Source of the DNA: Bugula neritina
Taxonomy: Eukaryota; Animalia; Bryozoa
Length of the DNA: 19,843 nt
Assembly (NCBI GenBank): GCA_964035545.1
Contig: CAXIUT010000076.1
Span: 1 to 19,843, forward strand
Direction of reading: 5' to 3'
Position 1 is the first letter of the stretch, and every line of letters starts with the position of its first letter. The notes under the pieces are model-generated. The model was not told the origin of the DNA. It saw nothing but the letters and a program-made list of their open reading frames with translations, and searched no databases. Shown one piece after another: positions 1-10,451 of this stretch. A program made the position numbers and the translations under genes.

Positions 1-79
1 CCCAACCCCAACCCCAACCCCAACCCCAACCCCAACCCCAACCCCAACCCCAACCCCTCAACCCCAACCCCAACCCCAA
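1..79 (+). repeat. Left telomere, (CCCCAA)n
   Basis: Tandem CCCCAA from base 1, with one variant unit (cccctcaa, 54-61). This is the Tetrahymena-type ciliate telomere repeat. Confidence 0.99.
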
Positions 80-129
80 ATTAAGATATTTAGTTTGATA
101 TAATTCAATATTAATAAAATAATCAAGCC

Positions 130-458
130 ATGGCTCGTAAATTTTGGACTCTTCGTCCTGATCCATACTATACTTATAAGCAATTGCCGAAAGGAGGAAG
201 AAACTAAATATTGTTTACTGCTGTTGGTACTACATTATATATTAAGGATGTCTTGCTTACTATGTTATGTACAAAAGCTTCCACAAAAAACCAGAGCCAA
301 CTCCTGAAAGACCACAAATCATCAATGGCAAACAGATGGTTCTGAGTGATTCTCTATTCAAAAATGAATCTACTTTCATCTAGTACATTGAATATTAAAA
401 AAAAAGTAAATCAAGAAGATCACTTTTAATCATTTATAGGTTGATTTAGATAGTTTGA
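130..458 (+). CDS. Small (~100 aa) single-pass membrane protein, function unknown; one 20-nt intron (227-246)
   Basis: ATG 130. With TAR=Glu and intron gtactacattatatattaag removed: MARKFWTLRPDPYYTYKQLPKGGRNEILFTAVGCLAYYVMYKSFHKKPEPTPERPQIINGKQMVLSDSLFKNESTFIEYIEYEKK... The stop is TGA 456-458 as written, or TGA 442-444 if the A9 run at 397-405 has one extra A. Confidence 0.65.
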
Positions 459-488
459 GGTAGATGATGGTTATAATTAGATAATAGA

Positions 489-921
489 TCACTCAATATC
501 AAAGGTTTAGGCTGGATCTTTATTGATGTTATCGATTACTAATTAAGGTTATTCGTTGTTTGAGTGGTTTGAGTGTTGTGTTAGTCTATCTTTCTTCCTT
601 TTTCTTTTCTTTTTTGATTATATTGTTGTATTTATATCTTCATCTTCTTTTGCCATCACGATATCTTTAGTCTAATATCCAAGGTTGTTTATTGTCCCAG
701 ATACTCCTACTTTTGAATTCTTACTTGAATTTGCTGTAGGTTAGTTAGAAAAACACCTAAAATTCTACTCTTTGTTCTTGTCTTCTTTTCCTACAGTAGC
801 AATATAAAACAATCAGTAAAGCGACTACTCCTCCAATAGCAATAGCGATCATAGCTGTATCGCTGATGGTCTTTTCAGTGAGCAGTCGTATATTTGTCTA
901 GCTAAGAGTGAGATAACCCAT
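489..921 (-). CDS. Hypothetical single-pass membrane protein; 3' part frame-ambiguous
   Basis: ATG at 921: MGYLTLSETNIRLLTEKTISDTAMIAIAIGGVVALLIVLYCYCRKRRQEQR, a hydrophobic helix followed by Cys residues and a basic stop-transfer patch. The downstream frame needs an intron or indels, so the end is approximate. Confidence 0.55.
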
Positions 922-1012
922 GCTACACTATGATTTATATAATATGAATTTAAATATTTATCATATCATCGATAATAGTAAATATTATGTTTTACTATTT
1001 AATATGTATATT

Positions 1013-2753
1013 TCAACATACTCCATCTTGTTTCTAGTCCTTCTTAGTCAAATATTTATGAATAGCTGTTGGGACCCTACCATCCGAGTCGATGAAGCTA
1101 TGTGATGATCTTTTGCATGTTGGTCTATTTGATTCTTTTTTGTTGTCTATCTGAATAATCTCAGTTATAAGATTTAGCCGCATACTTCACTTATCAAAGC
1201 TGGAGAAAGATTTTAGATCTATTATATTTATATTTATTTTGATTTTAGCCATTCTATTATATTTTGTTTTTATCCCTCAGTTATATGATATTCTTTTTAT
1301 TTACGCTATCTTTATGCTTCAACTCTTTTGGCTTTTTATGTATTTGATTTATTTTCTGATTCCTATTTTATCTACCAAAGAATGCTTAGATAATTTTTTA
1401 TAGATAGGTTTGCTTGTTGAAAAACTTTCTACCTGATTATAATCCTCTTCTAGTGATACAGTTGATCACTTCTGACATATTTTTTATCTATATCTTTTTT
1501 ATTTTTAGGATATTTGTTGATGTTTACTTTACCTAATTGCATTCTCATTACGATTGAACCTAATAAAATTCCATTTAGTAAAGGATTCTCTAATCTACTT
1601 GTGATATTTTTAGCTTTTATTTAATGAATATTAATAACCTAGTTGATTTTTTACCCAGAATTCAGCTAAATTTGCTTTTTACTCACTATATTAGTATATT
1701 ATCTCTTTTTTAACCATTTTGTTCTAATTTTTTATTTAAGGTTCTATATTATCAATAAGTATATTTTATTTATTAGATTCTGCTTATCTTTTTACTTAAA
1801 AGTTTTTTTTATAAACTTCTACTATGCTTTCTAACTTTTCTTTGATGACTTGCTTTGATGTTCATGATATCTTCAATAACATTCCAAAAGGTTTATTCTC
1901 TCATAAAACCGGTATCTACTTCTTACATCATAATGAGTATATTTTGTTTTGGCATTCTTTATATATTAAGGAGATAGTCCTCCTACTTTTTTGAAGACAG
2001 TTGCTGAACCTAATTGATAATGAGATTGTTTTATAACTTTTTAGTGATCTAATCTACTACCTTTAAAAACTGAATTTACTAATTATCCTATAATTTATTC
2101 AGGAGTTGTATTTTAAACATCAATGTGATATTTATTTTATAACCACTGACAGATATTTTTATATTTTTTATTGTTAAAGATCTATTTATTACTTTTTTTA
2201 TATTTATTTAATGATAATTTTTTTGATTGGTTTTTATCTAAATTATTTCCTTTTATTTAATTACTACCAATTATGCTAGATAAATTGGCTATATCACTGA
2301 TCTATTCTACTCCTAGATGAGTTTATTTAATAACTTATTCATAAGGTGTTGAATTTGTCGTTTAAAGTGGTATAATAACAGTCTATATGAATGTCTCCAT
2401 CATATTGAAATCAAAATAAAGTCCTTAAGCATTGAAGTCATCAATGCAAAACATTGATTTCTTGGTTTTGAATAAAATATTTTTTAAGAGCATTGAGAAT
2501 AACTTTTAAATTAACAATGGAACGTTGAGAAGTCAAGTTGTAAATTTCAATATTAGGCATGAAAAGATGATAATAGCTTTTTTGGCAATTTTTATGTTAG
2601 AATCTAGGCTATTGCGATACCTACATCAATGTTGATATACCTGTTCTTAGAGAAGATAGATTGTTGACATTTTTTGCAGTGAGGGTAGTTATGTTTTTGG
2701 AACCAGTGAATGATAGACGAAGGTTATTGGTTATCTTTGTAGGTGGTATTCAT
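1013..2753 (-). CDS. Protein with several calponin-homology (CH)-like repeats; 20-nt intron 2621-2640; several 1-nt frameshifts
   Basis: Joining frames gives IIHWFQKHNYPHCK-NVNNLSSLRTG|IAIAEIL, ICQWLENKY...FWNVIEDIM, FWVKNQLG...LENPLLNGILLGSIV...PKNKKDIDK-NMSEVINCI...LSILWEIK and IIEWLKSK. These resemble the CH pattern (W-containing first helix, L-x-x-G-hydrophobic, N-hydrophobic helix, terminal LW). The end is approximate (1013-1050). Confidence 0.5.
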
Positions 2754-2786
2754 ATCAGTTATTATTAGTTTTAATTTCAAATATAA

Positions 2787-3090
2787 TCAATATGCTTGAT
2801 ATTATTCTGCTTAATTTCCTTTGATTTGTTTGATGAGGTCACTTTTTTCTGATACTTAGCTCTTTACTTCCTTGGAAAATACTTGTATAAAGTGATTTCA
2901 TTTTGGCTCGAAATTCTTATAGTTATGATTGTAAATTTTGCATATCTTTTGATTGTCTTCGATCTTATCCCATCTATCTTTGTAGCTATTTGATGCGAGT
3001 ATTCACTGCTTTCTGTTTGTTTGCTTAGGTTTATTTTAATTTATTTTATATACGTTGTTATTGTCCTTCTCCCCAACTTGTATTGTGCAT
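2787..3090 (-). CDS. Small coiled-coil hypothetical protein
   Basis: ATG 3090: MHNTSWGEGQEQRIENKLKETEANKQKAVNTRIKELQREMGEDRRQSKDMQNLQSELEEFRAKMKSLYTS. The stop is TGA 2841-2839 as written, or 2789-2787 with one indel. Confidence 0.5.
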
Positions 3091-3175
3091 TTTAAATTAT
3101 CAATATTAATTACAGTAATAAATTATCTTTTCTCATCAAATTCTGATTCTATTGTCATATTATTCTCGAAGAGTT

Positions 3176-4241
3176 ATGAACTTCAAGAATATTTTGAGCT
3201 AGAAAATTAAAAGAATTAAGGTTTTGCTTTTTATTTTATAGAAAAAGCTCTAATTAAATATATCGACTAAAGATTGTAATTTAGATATATTTTTCAGACA
3301 TTTCAAGAACTAATTGATTTTATAACAATAAAATATATGATTTTAGATTAACTAACATCCCAAAAAGGCCACAAAAGATTTTCTACTAACTTAATGAATC
3401 ATAAAAAGAAGGTTTTAAATCATTAAATATTGATTGAGCCTTGGCATGATGATCATAAAAATAGAAAAATAGAAAATAGATAAAAAGGAAGGATAAAAGT
3501 TAAAGTTTATTGAGAAGAACTAAAAAGTAAGAAAAAAAATCTGTTGAAGAAAGAATAGAGTAGATGTATAAAAAATACAATAGACACGAGATGAACATAG
3601 GAAGTAATCTTGGATAGTCAAGCAGTAGAGAAATTTATCGATAGAAGTTGCAGTGGTTATAAAAAGGAAATGAATTTAAGCAACTGGGATGTTAGAAGAT
3701 GTAGAATAGTTTAACATAAAGGATAGATGAGTAATCTCTTTTGGATTTACAAAAGCCAAGAAATGTTTCTCAATTTTATTGTTTAAATTAGAAAAAGGCA
3801 ATAAAGAATAAGTAAATATCTTTAACTCCCAGTCCTGATTGTAAATATAATCGTAATTTTCAACGAATGATAAAGATAAAAGAAAAGATAAAAAAAAGAC
3901 ACAATATAACAGTATCAAAGTATAAAGACCTTTATTAAAATTATAAAAAACATCAATTGAAGACATAAAGATAGAATACTATTGATATTCCAACTAAAGC
4001 AGTCTATTAAAGAAATAAGTTGAAAATAAAAATGAAAGGATTAGTGGCTAACAATAATAAGACTTTGGAATAGGAATCAAAAAAGATGTAAGTTGTTGGA
4101 GTTTGTTCTAATACACATTAGTATGGATCTTCCAGGGAAGACTACAACTTTACTTCTTTTAACTTTTGGAGGGGATAAAAAGACAAAGCTGCCAAAATAT
4201 TAGGATTGATGAGTCGAGATTATCGACAATTTAGTCGTTGA
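3176..4241 (+). CDS. Low-complexity Lys/Glu-rich hypothetical protein with frameshifts; candidate introns 3221-3241 and 3276-3297
   Basis: ATG 3176, then long TGA-free segments in alternating frames with purine-rich coding-like composition. It ends ...FTSFNFWRGEKDKAAKILGLMSRDYRQFSR-TGA (4239-4241). Confidence 0.45.
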
Positions 4242-4293
4242 ATCATGATTATTGTATGAATAAAAAATATTGTGCTTGTTTGATTCAAATAAA

Positions 4294-7200
4294 ATGTTAC
4301 CAAGGGGAAATACCCAGGCTTCACGCCTTTGGAACGTTCAAGACCCAGGATAATCATACGATATACGCAAATCTATGATCGCTAGACTTCCTGACCATCC
4401 TCCTAAACCAATGGGCGAACATCTTTAATTGGTCTGTCTTCTCCAATCTGCATAAATAGAAAGACTTTCAGATTATCTGACTGAAATACAAGCAAAATAT
4501 AAAGAAATTTAACGTAAATAGTACGACAGACATTCTTATGAGGTTCAAATCAAATAGTTAGCTGAAAAGAATTTAATCTATGCCTCACTTAAAACTTAAA
4601 ATGATCGATTGAAAGATTTTATTCGTAGACAAACTCAGGAACTTTAGTAGTTACAGAAACTTCATCTTCAGACTATGAATGTTTAAGCTTTGCAAGCAAA
4701 GTATGAGGAAGTTTTACGTGAGTTACGTATTGCACGAGAGCAAACAGAAAGGTCTTAAAATCATGTAGTAAAACTTAATTATGAAATAAATGAATTAAGG
4801 ATAAGGTGTGAAAGATTTGAAGTTTAAAAAAATACTTTAAGAAGTCAATTTGAAAATCAGATTAAAGAGAGAATAGCTATAGAAGTTAAGATGCATCGTG
4901 ATCAAAGTGAATAAAGAAATAATAAGTTATTGATAGAAATTAAGCAACTAAAAGAATATTTGGAAAGCAAAAATTTATAAATTCAGCTTCTTAATTCACA
5001 AAGAGAGCAACTAATAAGAGAAAAACAAAGTTATTAATAGAAAAATCGTAGTAGAGGAAATATAGAAGACTCTCTTAATTAAAGAAATAGATAAATACAA
5101 AAATTATCTATGTTACTTAATTAAAAAAGTAGCAAATTAGATCAAACTGATGCTTCTCTTCAAAAAGCTATTAGAGATTTCAAAATGTTATAAGAAAGGT
5201 ATCTTTCTGAGCAAAGATAAAAATAAAGCATATTAATTAAGCTAAGATAATTAGAGCAAATAAATAAAAAAAATTAGGCATTAGATAAGTATGAAGATAG
5301 AGTGGCTATGATGTCGATGGAAATATAAAGACTTAATGGATTAAATTCTAACAAATCAAGATAGTGTAATTAGCTGATAGGTTAAATATAAAGACTTAAA
5401 TCTGAGCTTACAAGAAATAAAGTTCTAATTGAACAACTATAGAGATAGAAAGGTCGACTTCAACAAAATCAAACTGACATCCAAATAATAGCATCTCATG
5501 AAAGTAAAATACATCATTTAACTCAATAACTTGAGAGAATAACTTTCCAACTTAAAGCTAAAAATGATTAAGTAGTGACTCTTCAACAAAAGTTCATAAT
5601 AACAGAAACAAATAACTCTCAAATGGCTGCTTTGGCTGCAGATAAAAGCAGACTTTAACAATAACTTCAAGCATCGAAAACATAGTTAAGAAATTATAAA
5701 ACTATAACTGAGAGTGAAATAAATACATTGAAATCTGAATGTAATAAACTAAGAAGAGATTTTGAGTTACAATCTTCAAATAAAGGAGATGTTTAAAAAT
5801 ATAAAACAGAGTGTTAGAGAGTGAGAGTTGAACTTGAAAGAGTGAGAAATTAATGCATTAATTTAAGACGAAATTATGATTAAGAAAAAATAAATAACAA
5901 TCGATTGATGGGCTAAAGAAATATATTAATTTAATAAAATAAAAAGTTTGGATTATAGTTGACTCAACTTCGTAGAGATATTTAGTAGTTAAAAATGGTT
6001 GCTTATGACTATCAGTAAAAAGATAAATTGGTTCAAAGGTTACAGTCTGAACTAAAAGATTCAAATAATCGTAGTTCTCAAGTTGAAGGTACAATGGAAA
6101 GTATTTATAAGTAAGTTTAAAGGTTGCATTCAGTGCTTTCATCGAAAACTAATGAGTTGATTACTATGGCTAAATAAAATAGTCAATATGATGAAAAAAT
6201 TAAATTTTTAGAGGCTAAATTAACTAATTTAAATAATTAGAGATAATATTATGAAAAGGAAATGAAAAGATATAAATCATAGTTGTAGGTTAATTCTAGA
6301 AGTCAAAATTAATATAATTAATTATTAATAGTAAAATAGAAATGTGAAGGAATATTAATTCAAAAAGATAAATTAATTCTTGAGCATATTAAAGATAAAT
6401 AAATGTTAGAAAAACAAATAATTGATCTTCAAAGATAACTTTCTCAGAGAGTTCCTCTTCAAGAACAAGTAACTAAAGATTATAAAAAAGTAGTTTAAGA
6501 AGTAAGAACTAAGGAAACTATTATAATTAATCTAGAGACAGTTATTAGATAGAAAGATAATGAAATTAGAGAATCAGGAGAAAGAGCGAGAAAATGGGAA
6601 GGTAAAATATTTTAATGGGAAAATCGTCTTAAAGATGCATAAAGAAATATGATGCTTAAAGATCAATAAATAAACAGACTTAATTAATAAATATCTAGAT
6701 TAATTAGAACAAAAAAAGAATAATAATTTAAATTTAAAGATCTTGAAAAGATTTCTCAATAAAATTTACTTCTTAAAAGAAGACTAGAATAATTTTAAAG
6801 GTCAAAAGTCAGTGGGTAAGATAATTTAAGAATACAGATTCAAAGAGCTGAATAAACTATCAAATTAGAACGTTCTGAAGCTGATAATTTGAGAAGACAA
6901 CTAAAAAGATTATAAGAGTTGATAAACAACCAAAATATTGAAATTTAGTCTTTAAGAGAGAGTATAAAGTAATATCAGATGAAGATTATGCATATCTAAA
7001 ATACAAATAATAAAGTTTTACAGTAAAAGCTGAAAGAATATTAAATAAAACTTGCAGATAGAGATCATTTGGTCATAACTCTTCAAAAATAGATCAAACA
7101 TTTGGAAACTCAGTTTAGTACTTATGTAGAAAGAGATAGGTTAGCTCTTGGTAATTTATCTCAATATGAGGAGAAAATAGCTCTTTTATCAACCGAATTC

Positions 7201-8419
7201 GATAGATTGAATAGAGTGGTAGAGGATAAAAGTCGTTAATCAAAATAGAAAGATAGATTTATTGATGAGTTGAAGCTTCAGTTAAGTCGGGTTCCTCATC
7301 AATAAAATTCAAATTCATAGCAATATAAAATCGAGATAACAAATTTAAAAATAGCATTAGAAGAGCTATAAAATATCAATTTACATACTATTGCTTAGAG
7401 AGATGAGCTTTTTAAGATATCTCATGAACTAAAGACAGAATATGATTAAAAATTGGCAAAAATAGATTAATAATGTAGAAACATAAAAAATTAATTGCAG
7501 TTCCGTATTTAATAAAATAGAAATATTGGAGAGGAAGTTAATGTTCTCAGAAAAAAATAACAAAATTATCTTATACAAATCAGGTAACTTGAAGAATTAG
7601 CATCAAGAAGGCAAGAAGATCCTAATTTACGAAGAAAAATAGCTGAACTTGAACAGATATCAGCTTCTTATACTAGAAAAATCAATTAATTAAGTATTGA
7701 GAACACCAATCTTAGGACTGAAGTTAATCAGCTGGAAATAATGATTCAATAACATAAGAGTCGAGGCGACACTGCATCTCGAAATGAGGTTAATTCTTTA
7801 ACAATCAAAATTAATTAATATATGCAGATTATTAGTAGCAAAGAAGAGGAAGTAGTGATGTGGGAAAATAAATACACTTCGTTATATTCTGCTTATGAGG
7901 AGCTTTATACTAACTATAATTTGACTAAGTCAGAATATGAGATTACAATGACTAATATTAGAAGTTATGAGTCTAAGTAAGTCTCTATTTATGTAGAATT
8001 CTTCAGCTTTAAGAAGACTTTTCAACTTTAAGTGAAGCTCTTAGAGGATCTAAAATTTAAATATAAAATCTGAGACAAGAAAACTATTCTCTTAAAGTCA
8101 AGTTACAAGGTGATTCAGATTTAGTTTAAAAGGTAGTAATTATGTAATTTAGAACCTTCTCTTATCAAAAGAAATTGATCGATTAACTTAAATCAATAAA
8201 AGAACTCAAAGTGATATATCGGATACAAGGCTGAGATTAACTGATAATGTAAGTTTAAACAAAAGAATGGAAGAGAATATGGCACTATTTGTTGTTCTTT
8301 TTGCTGAAATTTAATCTTTGCGTTCAAGACTTGCTAATAGTGAAAGAGAATGTGAAGATGTGAGGAGAAGTAGTCTTGTTCCTCTCAGAGTTGATAAGAG
8401 TATGGGTCCACGACCTTGA
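4294..8419 (+). CDS. Large (1361 aa) coiled-coil protein, probably ciliate cortical/cytoskeletal; introns 7977-7996 and 8133-8152
   Basis: A 3.68-kb first exon with no in-frame TGA under TAR=Glu. Two 20-nt GT-AG introns restore the frame to TGA 8417-8419. Recurrent motifs: YEDRVAMMSMEIERLN, HESKIHHLTQELERIT, YEEKIALLSTEFDRLN, LLLSKEIDRLT, LFVVLFAEIESLR. Confidence 0.92.
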
Positions 8420-8463
8420 CTATTTTATCTTTATTTTCATCATTATAATTAGTTAAATCGAAT

Positions 8464-8754
8464 ATGGGAAACGCTCTGGAAGGAAAAACTTATGCAAAGG
8501 GTAGTCAGCACATGATTCAACCCAAGATAATAGAAAAAGTGGTTCCTTATAAATCCCAGCAGAAAGTATCATCTTCTTCTAACATTCATTCTCAACTATC
8601 TTTTAGTCGTCCCAGATCGGAATTTGTACCAGCGAAGAGAGCAACAAGAAAAGTAATAGATGATATTCAAATTATAAACGAAGAATAGTATGACGATGTT
8701 AAATATGCAGTTAAGAGGATAATTAGCAAAAGTCAGGTAAATCTAAATATGTGA
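8464..8754 (+). CDS. Hypothetical 96-aa protein, possible N-myristoylation (MGN...)
   Basis: The track ORF 8464-8688 reads through TAG into EYDDVKYAVKRIISKSQVNLNM-TGA (8752-8754). Confidence 0.7.
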
Positions 8755-8860
8755 TTATCTTTTCTTATTTAAAAAAATGTTCCAATTTAAGCTTCTTTTG
8801 AATAATCATTCATAAATAAAGTCATTAGCTAGAGATAAAATTTTAATCAAAGAAAATCAA

Positions 8861-9373
8861 TCAACCTTGTTTGATATTATAGGCAGGTAGCTACTATCCT
8901 AACGGTCTTTTTTCATTTATAAACTATTCAATAAGTTATCTAAATTAAGGGTCTTACCAAGCACTCTTTGTTTTCAAGTTTCCAAGTCTCATTTTATTAT
9001 TTTTTATTCCTTTTTCAATTTCAAACTATTCAACCATAGCTTCATCATCTTCTATCATACCAAGGTAGTTGATTTGCTGTTATTTTACAGCTTTTTTTGC
9101 TCTTTAAAGTTATATTTCTACACTTTAGTGGATATAAAATGGAGAAAGTTAATGAATAGTGGCACATGAGATGACACTAGCTTTCGGGATCTTATTGAGA
9201 ACTGACTCAGGAATAGTTTAGCGAAGAGGAATATTACTTTTAAAAATATTAGGAACTTGAACACAGTTGACTTTATTTCTTGTTGGCAGGTTTCTTGGTC
9301 TCATATATGCAGAATGGCTCAACTAGAAGAATAATATTGAACCAAAATTAAAGCTCAGCAAAAATTAATGCAT
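8861..9373 (-). CDS. Hypothetical protein (~170 aa)
   Basis: Uninterrupted frame from ATG 9373 to TGA 8863-8861 (MHEFLLSFNFGSILFFELSHSAYMRPRNLPTRNKVNCVQVPNIFKSNIPLRETIPESVLNKIPKASVISCATIHELSPFYIH...). The start could instead be the ATG at 9304. Confidence 0.65.
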
Positions 9374-9483
9374 TTATAAAAAGAGTCTGCTTAAATATGA
9401 AATTAGTTAATTTAATATATATTAGATCGGTATCTATTATTTAATAATCATTTTTAAAAGAATGATAAAAATTTTTATTGTTA

Positions 9484-10422
9484 TCAATTAAAATATTTTT
9501 TCCTTAAGATAAATTATTTATTTCTTGGCTAACTATTCGCCCTAATATGTCTTGATAGCCTATTCTTCGGAGTTCCTTTTTCTGTTTAGTATCGCTCTTT
9601 TTCTTTTATTTGAGTATTTGATTATTGTTTGAGTACAGGCGCTACCCATTTACAATAAAGAGGCAGCTATCTTACAAATTAATCTAAATTGAATCTTTTA
9701 AGAGCTAATCCGTTTAAAATGAATGTTCCCCATTGATTTTTTTAATATTATTACATCACTCTCTCTTTTAAAGGAATTACCATATCTTCTATACTGGAAT
9801 AAGCCTAGAGTTGTTCTTTCAGATGTATATTTTATATATTCAGATTCTAGACTGTTTTATCATAAGTTTGTAGTTGTGAATCATATTTTTTAACTACTTT
9901 CTATAGGATTTATTCGATGTTATGAAGATAGTTATCAAGTAGATCTTGTAAGAGCTGATCTACCTCATCGAATAGATCAAGTTGTTTCCATTATTTTATT
10001 AAAGAAAGATACTCGTCATGATCGTCTTCTAGTTGTGATACCATCTAGTTACATTATCCTCTTAATCTTCTTCCGAGAATAGCTTTTATTCTCATCATTT
10101 TAGATTTAGTACTTAGTCCATTTTGACGATTTAAGCTTACTCTTTCTGTGGCTCTTTGTTTAGTTAAAAACCTTTAAAGTGACTTTTGTCTTTTTGTTTT
10201 ATCTTTACTTTATGATTTATTGGGTGATCCTTTGACTTAGGTTTTACGATATGGTTAGAGTGGTCTAACAAAATTAGAAGAAGTAGATGTTGGAGGTTAG
10301 AACATCTGATATTTCTTTTTAAAGTTTTTCGCTATAACTTCCATTCTATAAGGTGATATTTATGTTGCTGATTGTTTAACTACTTTGAGTTACTGACTGA
10401 TCTGTCTTTCGTGATGCTTCAT
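9484..10422 (-). CDS. Hypothetical 312-aa protein with basic N-terminus and central coiled coil
   Basis: Intronless 939-nt frame from ATG 10422 to TGA 9486-9484, with no internal TGA. Confidence 0.8.
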
Positions 10423-10451
10423 TTTTATCTATCTAATTATTATAAATATCA
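10423..10451. promoter_or_regulatory. Putative 29-nt bidirectional promoter/5'UTR interval
   Basis: AT-rich spacer between the divergent ATGs at 10422 (-) and 10452 (+). Function is inferred from geometry only. Confidence 0.45.

Noticed and set aside
54-61. Variant telomere units (cccctcaa; G5 units in the right telomere) as a mixed-repeat telomerase
   Set aside because: There are only three isolated variants, indistinguishable from the sequencing noise seen in the arms.
3459-3481. Short tandem repeat (aaaataga)x3
   Set aside because: It is low-complexity sequence inside a Lys/Arg-rich coding region, not a CRISPR or satellite array.
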